The translations under genes were made by a program, and so were the position numbers. The notes below the pieces were generated by a model. That model was given only the letters and a program-made list of their open reading frames with translations, was not told where the DNA came from and did no database searches. Shown here in pieces: positions 14,849-22,717 of a stretch of 28,812 nucleotides of DNA. Source of the DNA: Spirochaetaceae bacterium (lineage in GTDB: Bacteria; Spirochaetota; Spirochaetia; DSM-27196; SKKC01); NCBI GenBank assembly GCA_003554375.1, contig PWGF01000366.1:1-28812 (forward strand). The letters run 5' to 3'. Numbering within the stretch: position 1 is the stretch's first letter; the number at the start of each line of letters is the position of its first letter.

Positions 14849-17152
14849 ATGGAGATGTCTTTTCGCTTTCTGCTGGCTCGCTTTCTGCTGGTCCGTCGTC
14901 CGAGCACCCCGAGGTGCCTACCCGACCGTCAGCGCCGCCCCGGATGTCGACGCGCCGCAAGGTGCCTGACACTCGCTCTTGCAGGCTCTCTTGTCTTGAT
15001 CGCCCTAATTTCGGCATGCGAAGAGCCGCTCCAGCCCGAACCTCCTTTCGTCTTTCCGGAGGCGGAGGAAGAGCCGGATACGTGGGAGCCGGACGACACT
15101 CCAGAGTCTGACGAGACTCCGGACCCTGATGACCGCCCGGAGCCGCCTTCCGACGAATCCGAACCGCAACCGCCGGAGCTGCTGGCTGTACGAGCCTATC
15201 CTCCCATACTGGAGCGCGAATCGACCGAGGAAAGACGCTCCGTACAGCTCACAGGGGAGGTTGCTCAGTATCCCGACGCGGAAATCTCACTCGAGCTCAA
15301 AGTGCCGGAAGAGATGGAAGCCGGTCCCTTCGTCCCGGCCGAGTCGGCCTCTTCGTCGCCGGCCCACGCGAAAAGCCTCTCCGGTCAGGGAACGCGCGCC
15401 CTCAGCGACCGGCGGCCGGCCTTCGCTTCCGGCGAGGAGATTCCGTCGACAACGCGGCCGAACGGTGAAACCGCACCCGGTACCGAACGCCGCGCCGCCG
15501 TGACCACTCTGGACGCAGACAACCGGGAATCGGCCTCCTATGTCGCTGAGCTCAAAGTACCCGTTCACGCCGAGCGGGAGTTCGAGCTATCGGTTCGCGC
15601 CACTGCCTCCGACTCACACTCCGACGCCGCCGCAGCCTCCGTCGACGTCCGTTCTCATCCGGAGCCCCCCGTACATATCGTAGCGCTTGCACCCGCCGCC
15701 ACCGCCGAGTACATAGCGGGAAGCTCCTGGATCGATCTCCGTGTACGAGATTCCTCGCAACTGGAAGAGGGCTGGAGCCTCCATGGCGCAACTCCAACCT
15801 GGAGCGGTCCGGTGCTCACGGAGTTCCCAAAGAACTTGGAGAACGACTCAACCGTGCGCCTCGTCGATCGAGAGGTCGATCCCGAGCTTCTCGAACTCAT
15901 CAAGAGCGAACCCGCCATCGATCCCGTAACCGGAATGCGCTTCCCCCCAGAGCTCGCCCCGAACGACGCGATCGCTGTGCTTTCTCCGGATCACCTGAAT
16001 GCGGACTACGGTGCAATCTGGCTCAAGGACGGCGATGGCGCCGTACGGAACATCGTACCGTATACGAGCAGGGCGGCGCAGGAAAGTGGATTCTGGTTCA
16101 TTGAGGACGACGGACCGCAGTCGCACGCGCGCAGAATTCTGGACGAGGCCGCATCGGAAGACCCATGGCCCCGGGTGTGGATCGGCTCCGACTCGACTGA
16201 TGCCGTCGCGACCGATCTGGCTGAACGGCACCTGCGCCGTACGGACATAGCCGGAAACGCTCGTGAACCCGCACGTTGGGGCGCCATGAGAAGCACTACC
16301 CTGTCCATCTCCGGCCAAACGGCCGCCCCCGAGCGCACTCTCGTCGAGGAAGAGTACGCGTTCGATCTGGAGCTCGCCGTGAGCACGAACGAGGAAGCTA
16401 CTATAGACGCGGTGGAGCTTGTGGACACCGGATGCTTCCTCGGGCCGGAAACGCCTGTGCCCTTCTCGGAGGCACCGTCCGGACTCTACCACCACAGCGG
16501 GCTCCAGCTTCTCGCTCCTCCGACCGACGGAATGCCGGCGCTATCAGTGCGCGCATCAGCAAGCGACTCGTTCGCCTTCCTCAACCACCGTGGCGAACCC
16601 ATCTCGCCGCCTTGGGGGGAGCGTCACTCTGAGACCGTGCCAATTCCGATCCGTGTCCATGACCCGACCAGCCCGGTCACGCTTCCTCACCGGCTTCCGG
16701 ATGCCGACGCGTTTCCGGAGGCTCTTCGCTATCATGGTTGGGACTGGGACGGCGAGAGCGAAATGGAGCCGTACTACACCCGGGGCATGCGCCCGGCCGA
16801 CGAGCCGGCCTCACTTCAGTCGCCGAAGCTGGCCGAGCCGCCGGCCTGCATTGCGTTCCGCCTGATCGGTTTCAATGCGGACGCCCCCTCAGCCGTCGCG
16901 GTCGAAGTCGCGAAGGAGCATGGCGACGGTGAGTCCGGCCGGACCTGGGTCTCGATTGGCAGCCCGGTATCCCTAAGCGTCGGAAACGGCAGCACCTCGG
17001 AAGCCAACCGGACCGTCTTGGATAAGAACGAGCACGCCGAGCTCGCCGAGGCGGAGCAGGTGCGCTTCCGGTGGATTTTTGATGGAGAGCCCGACCATAC
17101 ACAGCGGGTAGGGATCTGGGACATCGAAATCATGCCCGAGCTGCCGAACTAG
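14849..17152 (+). CDS. Large (767 aa) acidic secreted lipoprotein with a Pro/Glu/Asp-rich linker; no recognisable domain
   Basis: SD GGAGGAGG at 14838-14845 precedes ATG 14849. Residues 1-57 contain hydrophobic LTLALAGSLVLIALISAC with a lipobox Cys after an unusually long Arg-rich n-region. A PEPPxxxPE linker (EEPDTWEPDDTPESDETPDPDDRPEPPSDESEPQPPE) follows. The track's upstream start at 14807 lacks an SD. Confidence 0.6.
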   Translation: MEMSFRFLLARFLLVRRPSTPRCLPDRQRRPGCRRAARCLTLALAGSLVLIALISACEEPLQPEPPFVFPEAEEEPDTWEPDDTPESDETPDPDDRPEPPSDESEPQPPELLAVRAYPPILERESTEERRSVQLTGEVAQYPDAEISLELKVPEEMEAGPFVPAESASSSPAHAKSLSGQGTRALSDRRPAFASGEEIPSTTRPNGETAPGTERRAAVTTLDADNRESASYVAELKVPVHAEREFELSVRATASDSHSDAAAASVDVRSHPEPPVHIVALAPAATAEYIAGSSWIDLRVRDSSQLEEGWSLHGATPTWSGPVLTEFPKNLENDSTVRLVDREVDPELLELIKSEPAIDPVTGMRFPPELAPNDAIAVLSPDHLNADYGAIWLKDGDGAVRNIVPYTSRAAQESGFWFIEDDGPQSHARRILDEAASEDPWPRVWIGSDSTDAVATDLAERHLRRTDIAGNAREPARWGAMRSTTLSISGQTAAPERTLVEEEYAFDLELAVSTNEEATIDAVELVDTGCFLGPETPVPFSEAPSGLYHHSGLQLLAPPTDGMPALSVRASASDSFAFLNHRGEPISPPWGERHSETVPIPIRVHDPTSPVTLPHRLPDADAFPEALRYHGWDWDGESEMEPYYTRGMRPADEPASLQSPKLAEPPACIAFRLIGFNADAPSAVAVEVAKEHGDGESGRTWVSIGSPVSLSVGNGSTSEANRTVLDKNEHAELAEAEQVRFRWIFDGEPDHTQRVGIWDIEIMPELPN

Positions 17153-17183
17153 CCATGTCGGAGACGGAGTCGGCACCTTAACC

Positions 17184-18956
17184 TTATGCTCCCCGGAGAA
17201 GCTCCAGTATGTACGGGAGTAGTTGCTTCTTCCGCGACAGGACGCCCTGCAACTCAAACAGGTTCTCCGCTACCTTCGGATAGGCGATGGCTGACGCGAT
17301 CCCGGGATCCCCGTCGTAAGCCAGAAGGCTCGTGGCCTTACTAATATCGGTCACCAGAAGACCGGTGAAGTCCAAACCTCGTTCGGCTCGGACGCTCGCG
17401 AGCGCTTCCCGAACGTCGTCAGCGCGGTCCCAGAAGCTTTTGAACCCTACGAGCTCGATCTGGCTGAACGCGAAGCGGTAGCCGTTTTCCTGGTAGGTCT
17501 TCTGATCGCGCGTTACGATCTCCCGCCCGGTGAGCTCGTGCACGTCGCTTCCGGCAGCGAACATCGCCTCGCCCCACTGCTGTAACTCCACCCCTGCGAT
17601 CTGCGCGAGCCACTCGGAGAGCTCCTGATCCAACGGCGTAGTGGTCGGCGAACGGAGAATGACGGTATCCGAAAGAACGGCGGAAAGGAGCACCCCTGCT
17701 ATACGTGGCTCAGGAGTCAGTCCGGCGTTTCGGAACAGCTCGGCCACAATCGTTCCCGTGGAGCCGACAACCTTGTTTATGAAGGTGATGGGAACGTCGG
17801 TGTTTCGCGCGGCTATACGGTGATGGTCCAGTATCTCGACTATCTCAGCCTGCTCGATGCCCTCGACGGCCTGAGAGAACTCGTTGTGGTCAACCAGAGC
17901 GACTCTCCGTCGCCGCTCCTTGAGGAAATTCACCCGCGTTACCACACCGCGAATCACGTCGCGGTCATCCGTGACGATGAATCCGCCCACATTGTACCGG
18001 TTGATGCGTCGCTCGGCGTCGCGCACCAGCTCGTCCGGGCGAAACGTCGGCTCAGCATCCTCCACGTATCCCTCGAGGGGCACCGACATACAGATTGCCG
18101 TGGCTACCGCGGCAGGCCCTGTCTGCACCTGGAGAACGCCAACGCCCTCGGGTAATGCGCTCGAGTCGTCATCCAACCGATCACCCACTCCATCGTCCAG
18201 CACCCCTCCCCCCGCCGCCTCCGCAACCGGCTTCCCGGACGGTCCGCTCCTAGGCGCCAAACGCGCCTCCGTGCCCTTCCGCGACACCTTGTCCAGTTCG
18301 CTCCCGGACGGGACCGTCAGCACGACGACGTCCCCCGACCGAGCTAAAGTAGCAGCCTGCCGTAAGTTGTGTTCGGCGGCTACGATGCACAAGCTCTCCG
18401 CCTTGCGAGTCCGGGATTCTTCGGCTCCGTCCAAGAACAGGAGAGAGCCCTCGAACCACTTCGGCATCGATCTCCCTGCGCCGGACCTCCACCGTCCACT
18501 CGTCCGCCGAGCCAGTTCGTACATCGCGATTCGGACGGGCTCCCCCGCTTCGAGTCGCGCAACAAGCTGCCAGAGACTGGCAATGCCGCGGAGTGTGATT
18601 TTCCCAACACATCGCCGATCTCGGTCAACGACCGGAAGGAACGAGAAGCCGTTATCAACCATGATGCGTTGCGCTTTGCCAGTGGGATCGTGCGGCGAAA
18701 GGGTAATCAGCGCGTCTTCGCCAATCATAATGTCGCGGATGCGTGGATGCACGTCCGCCAGCAGCGGGGGCAGATCGCAGCCGAACCGATCCAAGACGAA
18801 CTTCGTCTGCGGGTTGAGCTGGCCCGCACGGTACGCGCGCGCCGCAATGCCGCTTCGGTTCTTGTATGATGCATACGCAAGGGCGGAGCAGATCGAATCA
18901 GTATCAGGATTCTTATGGCCGATTACGATCAGCTCTTCATTCCCGTGGTCAGCCAC
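17184..18956 (-). CDS. ppaC: CBS-domain-containing family II (DHH/DHHA2) manganese-dependent inorganic pyrophosphatase
   Basis: The DHH N-terminus LIVIGHKNPDTDSICSALAYA matches the family II PPase start. CBS-pair and DRTGG-like inserts lie in the middle, and a DHHA2 C-terminus carries GSTGTIVAELF. The probable start is GTG at 18956 (MADHGNEELIVIGH), preceded by SD GGGAGGG (reverse complement of 18961-18967). The ORF track extends to GTG 19010. Confidence 0.8.
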   Translation of the reverse strand: MADHGNEELIVIGHKNPDTDSICSALAYASYKNRSGIAARAYRAGQLNPQTKFVLDRFGCDLPPLLADVHPRIRDIMIGEDALITLSPHDPTGKAQRIMVDNGFSFLPVVDRDRRCVGKITLRGIASLWQLVARLEAGEPVRIAMYELARRTSGRWRSGAGRSMPKWFEGSLLFLDGAEESRTRKAESLCIVAAEHNLRQAATLARSGDVVVLTVPSGSELDKVSRKGTEARLAPRSGPSGKPVAEAAGGGVLDDGVGDRLDDDSSALPEGVGVLQVQTGPAAVATAICMSVPLEGYVEDAEPTFRPDELVRDAERRINRYNVGGFIVTDDRDVIRGVVTRVNFLKERRRRVALVDHNEFSQAVEGIEQAEIVEILDHHRIAARNTDVPITFINKVVGSTGTIVAELFRNAGLTPEPRIAGVLLSAVLSDTVILRSPTTTPLDQELSEWLAQIAGVELQQWGEAMFAAGSDVHELTGREIVTRDQKTYQENGYRFAFSQIELVGFKSFWDRADDVREALASVRAERGLDFTGLLVTDISKATSLLAYDGDPGIASAIAYPKVAENLFELQGVLSRKKQLLPYILELLRGA

Positions 18957-19029
18957 CTTGCCCTCCCACCGTAACTGCGCACCCGGGACCGAGAACGCGG
19001 GACCGTTCACGGCTTTGCCCCGGCAACCG

Positions 19030-20130
19030 CTAACGTGGGGTTAGCTCGGTTATGAAGACATCCTCACCGGCAGAGCTGTCCGCCTCTTCGATCGCCTCGA
19101 TGCCGAGATCGGAGTGCTCTACCACATTGCTCCGACCTTCCCAGTAGAGCCCGAGGAACTCACCGGTGAGAAAGACCGTAACCCCGTAGGGCACCCCCGT
19201 GGACCTCAGTCGCTCCGGGATCGCCCGTTCGAGCCGCTCTTTCACCGATTGATCGTACTCGGTGCCTTCGCCGCGCAGATCGATCCACACATCCTGGTCC
19301 CCCAGAACATCGTCCCATACCTCGAAATACGTGTCGCGGCAGATCGTGAGTCCGATCGACCATCCTTCCACCTGAAAGGTATCCGCCTCCGCAGGATCCG
19401 CGCTCTCAAGCCCCAGCAAGTTCTCCTCGAACGGCGTCAGATAGGCTTTGTCCTGCTCATGGATCCGATTCCCCTCCGGTCCGTATACCACAGCTCGATT
19501 CCTCAGCCGGCCGCTTTCACCGGAGGCACCGTCCTGGGCGAAATAACTCCCTGCCACGACAGTGATGTCGAAGCGAGCAGCGGCCTCCCCGTACGTCTCG
19601 TCCATAAGGCGCGAGACCTCAGGCGCTGCGGCATAGAAGAGCTCACGAGGAGTGAGCACGCCGGCATGCTCCTGCAATAGCTCGGTGAACTTGTGGTAAT
19701 CATCGCGCGGCTCCTGCGCCCCTGCCGCGGCACGCACGCGAGGCTCCAACCGGCTTCTGTCCTGCTCCGGCCCTTCCAATGCGGCCAGGAGCTCGTCTTG
19801 GCCATACAGTGCGGGAAATACGTTCAGATACTCCGGAAAGACCACAAGGTGCGCCCCGGCTTCCGCCGCGGCTCGAACGACTTCCTGAACGTCGCCTCTG
19901 AACGCTTCCAGCGAGTGTGCATAACGCTCGCGCACCTCGAACTGGGCGACAGCCACGCGCAGCTCCTCCCGCTGACCGTACTCCGTGCGCTCACGGTCAT
20001 CCGGCGGCTCGTCCGACGCATGTGGCTCTCCGGTCACCCACAGCGTAGTCACGGCAACTGTGAGCACGGCAACAAAAAGTGCCCTAGCTCGACCGCACAT
20101 CCTGCATATCCCTCCTCCGCCGGCACTCAT
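19030..20130 (-). CDS. Carbon-nitrogen hydrolase (nitrilase superfamily) with an N-terminal signal peptide
   Basis: The Glu-Lys-Cys triad contexts are present: VVFPEY, RNRAVVYGPEG, and GLTICRDTYF. A signal-like N-terminus runs from the second Met at 20100 (MCGRARALFVAVLTVAVTTLWV). SD GGAGGAGG (reverse complement of 20112-20119) lies between the two candidate ATGs. Confidence 0.72.
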   Translation of the reverse strand: MSAGGGGICRMCGRARALFVAVLTVAVTTLWVTGEPHASDEPPDDRERTEYGQREELRVAVAQFEVRERYAHSLEAFRGDVQEVVRAAAEAGAHLVVFPEYLNVFPALYGQDELLAALEGPEQDRSRLEPRVRAAAGAQEPRDDYHKFTELLQEHAGVLTPRELFYAAAPEVSRLMDETYGEAAARFDITVVAGSYFAQDGASGESGRLRNRAVVYGPEGNRIHEQDKAYLTPFEENLLGLESADPAEADTFQVEGWSIGLTICRDTYFEVWDDVLGDQDVWIDLRGEGTEYDQSVKERLERAIPERLRSTGVPYGVTVFLTGEFLGLYWEGRSNVVEHSDLGIEAIEEADSSAGEDVFITELTPR

Positions 20131-20164
20131 ACTGTGAAACGTAACACCTCTTCCCTCCCGTTGC

Positions 20165-21049
20165 CTATCGCGAGTGCGCCGGGGCGGGCTCCGGATCGAG
20201 CAAGTAGATCACAAGGTCCACCATTAGGTAAACAACAACGCCTGCTATCCCCAACAGGCCGTAAACGACCTCCGTGCCCCCTTCAAGAAACATGATCGAA
20301 AGCCCGTAGCTCGCATTGAGCGTCCCGTGAAGAATAGCTGCTGCCACGACAGACCTGCCCTTGAGGGCAACGTATCCCAACACCGGCGACGACGCCACCG
20401 TCATGAGTACCATCATGAAGGCGCCAACCACCGGTGCCGATGGGTAGTTGTGCCCCAAGAGGATCAGTGGAGCGTACCAGATTCCCCAGAGCAACCCGAT
20501 CACAAAGGAAGCCCGCCAGAACCCCAGAGCCCTGAACTCACGCTGCAGATAGCCACGCCAACCGCTTTCTTCCCCAAACGCGGCGATGGCATGGAGGGTC
20601 GGCCCAAGCGCAAGCGCCTGCCACAGCCACAGCCAGGCAGGATGCGTGTCCAGCTCCGCAGCCGCGCGCCTCATCTCTTCCGCTTCCTCAGGCGACATAG
20701 TCTGGGCTATCGCCTCGTACATCGCCGTCATCTCCGCTGAGAACGACACACCGGGTAGCAGTATGCTGGTTCCCAGCGAGAGAAACGCCAGCACCGGAGC
20801 GCCCAACCACGCTATGAGGAACCAGCGGTTCGGGCGCAGCGAGATCGACAGCGTGCCGCGAATCGATTGGCCGTAGGTCTTGCACGTCAGTATCGCCGCG
20901 ATGAGCGGGCCGAACACGTACACGATCGACAACAGCGTGGCCGGCGCCGTTCCCCATTGGCCTCCGAAATAGGCGAAGACACCGGCCAAGCCCCAGCTGA
21001 ACAGCAGCGCAAATGCCATGAGAGTGACGACTCTCGACGTCCGTACCAT
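20165..21049 (-). CDS. CPBP-family (CAAX/Abi) intramembrane metalloprotease, second copy
   Basis: It is multi-TM with the motifs GEESGWRGY and ILHGTLNASY (HxxxN). It is the first gene of a minus-strand cluster with 34-bp and 19-bp gaps to the next two genes. Confidence 0.75.
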   Translation of the reverse strand: MVRTSRVVTLMAFALLFSWGLAGVFAYFGGQWGTAPATLLSIVYVFGPLIAAILTCKTYGQSIRGTLSISLRPNRWFLIAWLGAPVLAFLSLGTSILLPGVSFSAEMTAMYEAIAQTMSPEEAEEMRRAAAELDTHPAWLWLWQALALGPTLHAIAAFGEESGWRGYLQREFRALGFWRASFVIGLLWGIWYAPLILLGHNYPSAPVVGAFMMVLMTVASSPVLGYVALKGRSVVAAAILHGTLNASYGLSIMFLEGGTEVVYGLLGIAGVVVYLMVDLVIYLLDPEPAPAHSR

Positions 21050-21348
21050 TCCGTTCCGCTCCTTCTCTCGATATGGGATCCTCGGTTTCAGGCCGTTGGT
21101 CGCTCAGAACCTTCGTGCTACACAGGGCCGGTCGTAGTCCCGTCCCTCGCGCACAACTCCCGCTCCCGCTCAGCGCCTCTACTTAAGATGACTGCTTCCG
21201 TCCTTCGTCGCAACCCGTCGGCAAGCGCTGAGGGTGGCCACTCCCCGCCGCCTCTTGTCGGCAGCTTCCAACTGCGTTTGCCCTGTGCCGCCGCGCTTGC
21301 GGGTGCCGTAACCAACTTCGTTTGCCCTATCTCCGGGCTTTGCGCTTC

Positions 21349-21376
21349 TTGACACTCGTCTTCCGGCAATATAGTT
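21349..21376 (+). promoter_or_regulatory. Candidate sigma70-type promoter of the YeiH-family gene
   Basis: A -35 TTGACA at 21349-21354 and a -10 TATAGT at 21370-21375 are separated by 15-16 bp. The region is AT-richer than its surroundings. Confidence 0.4.
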
Positions 21377-21435
21377 TCTTTCGGTAACTAAGTTGTCTGC
21401 GTCTTCTGGCCCCACGGAAAGGAGCAATCCGGACG

Positions 21436-22605
21436 ATGCCCGATCGAGCCATCTGCGTCTTACGAATAATCCCGGGTCTCCTTGTCGCCGGCGTAGTCGC
21501 CGGCGGCGCGGTCGTGCTTGCCGAATTCCTCGGAACCGACGTACTCGGTTTCGACCGCAGCCCCGTCTCATCGGTAATGCCGGCTCTGGTTATCGGACTG
21601 CTCATCGCGAATTCGTGGAAACCTCCCGCTATCCTCGAGCCCGGCCTCTCCTTTGCCGTCAAACGCGTGCTGAGAGCCGGCGTTGTCCTGCTCGGATTCC
21701 GCCTCAGCGTCGTCGAGGTAGTTCGGGTCGGCGCGGGCGCCCTCCCGCTCGTCCTCGCGTGCGTCGCCTTCGGTCTCTTCGCCGTAGTGTGGGCAGCTGC
21801 GCGCACGGGTATATCGCGACGGCTCGGCATGCTCATCGGTGTCGGAACGTCGATCTGCGGCGTATCAGCCGTTGTAGCCACGGCGCCCGGCATAGGAGCC
21901 CGCGACGAGGAGGTCTCGTATGCGGTTGCCGTGATAACGATTTTCGGCCTCATTGCCACCATCGTCTATCCGTTTCTTGCCTACGCGGTCTTCCCGGGAC
22001 CGACGTCGGTCGGGCTGTTTCTTGGTACATCGATCCACGACACGTCTCAGGTAACCGCGGCAGCGCTCGTCCATGCTGAAACCTACGCAGAGCCCGCGGC
22101 TCTCGACGTCGCGGTGGTGACCAAGCTCGTGCGAAATACGCTCATGGGCGCCGTAATCCCGGCAATCTCGCTCTGGGCTTCCACCCGCGGCTTGACGCCG
22201 GCACCGGCTGCCCGCGCCGCAGAGAGCTCACACCCGCGTACGGCTTCCCCGGGCTCCAACGCCGGGCCTGGAACCATCACCCGCGCGTACCGCTGCGTGA
22301 CTCGGGTCGTCCCCCTTTTCGTGCTCGGCTTCCTGGCACTCTCTGCCGTGCGCTCTCTGGGTGACATAGGAATCACCGGAGAGTCCGGGGCTTTCGGGGT
22401 AGTCCCGCAGCAGCAGTGGCTCGATCTAGGGCACGTCCTCAACGAGATCGCGGTGGCCTTTCTCGTCGCAGCGCTCGCGGCGGTCGGCATGAAAACCCGC
22501 TTCGCCGGCCTGCGGCAACTCGGGCTCAAGCCGTTCCTTCTGGGGCTCGTCGCCGCACTCTGCGTGGGAGGGCTCAGCGCGGCACTTATTCTCAGCTTCA
22601 TCTGA
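21436..22605 (+). CDS. yeiH: YeiH/UPF0324-family membrane protein (putative sulfate exporter family)
   Basis: It has about 10 TM segments and the conserved GVGTSICGVSAVVATAP segment typical of the family. AAGGAG lies 12 nt upstream of the ATG. Confidence 0.65.
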   Translation: MPDRAICVLRIIPGLLVAGVVAGGAVVLAEFLGTDVLGFDRSPVSSVMPALVIGLLIANSWKPPAILEPGLSFAVKRVLRAGVVLLGFRLSVVEVVRVGAGALPLVLACVAFGLFAVVWAAARTGISRRLGMLIGVGTSICGVSAVVATAPGIGARDEEVSYAVAVITIFGLIATIVYPFLAYAVFPGPTSVGLFLGTSIHDTSQVTAAALVHAETYAEPAALDVAVVTKLVRNTLMGAVIPAISLWASTRGLTPAPAARAAESSHPRTASPGSNAGPGTITRAYRCVTRVVPLFVLGFLALSAVRSLGDIGITGESGAFGVVPQQQWLDLGHVLNEIAVAFLVAALAAVGMKTRFAGLRQLGLKPFLLGLVAALCVGGLSAALILSFI

Positions 22606-22669
22606 GTCTTCTGATCGAGTAAGGCCCGAGCTCACCCCTCCAACGGCAAACGCATTCGGAGCGGACTCG

Positions 22670-22713
22670 TCCCCAGGCGGCTTCCTACGTCCCCAGGGCC
22701 GCCGCTTCCTATG
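22670..22713. repeat. Imperfect tandem direct repeat TCCCCAGG(GC)GGCTTCCTA(C/T)G
   Basis: Copy A at 22670-22689 is followed by copy B at 22690-22713, which has a 4-bp insertion. Both sit in the convergent intergenic region between the YeiH-family and OMP genes. Confidence 0.5.
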
Positions 22714-22717
22714 CGGG

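Noticed and set aside
18957-19010. N-terminal 18 codons of the pyrophosphatase ORF from GTG 19010.
   Set aside because: Family II PPases begin a few residues before the (I/V)xGHxNPDTDS motif. An internal GTG at 18956 has a GGGAGGG SD, so the longer start is likely an ORF-finder artefact. It is unproven.
20867-21352. 161-aa plus-strand ORF running from inside the CPBP gene across the YeiH 5' region. It includes a 55-codon ATG-initiated tail at 21188-21352.
   Set aside because: It has no SD, and third positions are C/T-rich rather than G/C-rich. It is antisense to a well-supported gene for half its length.
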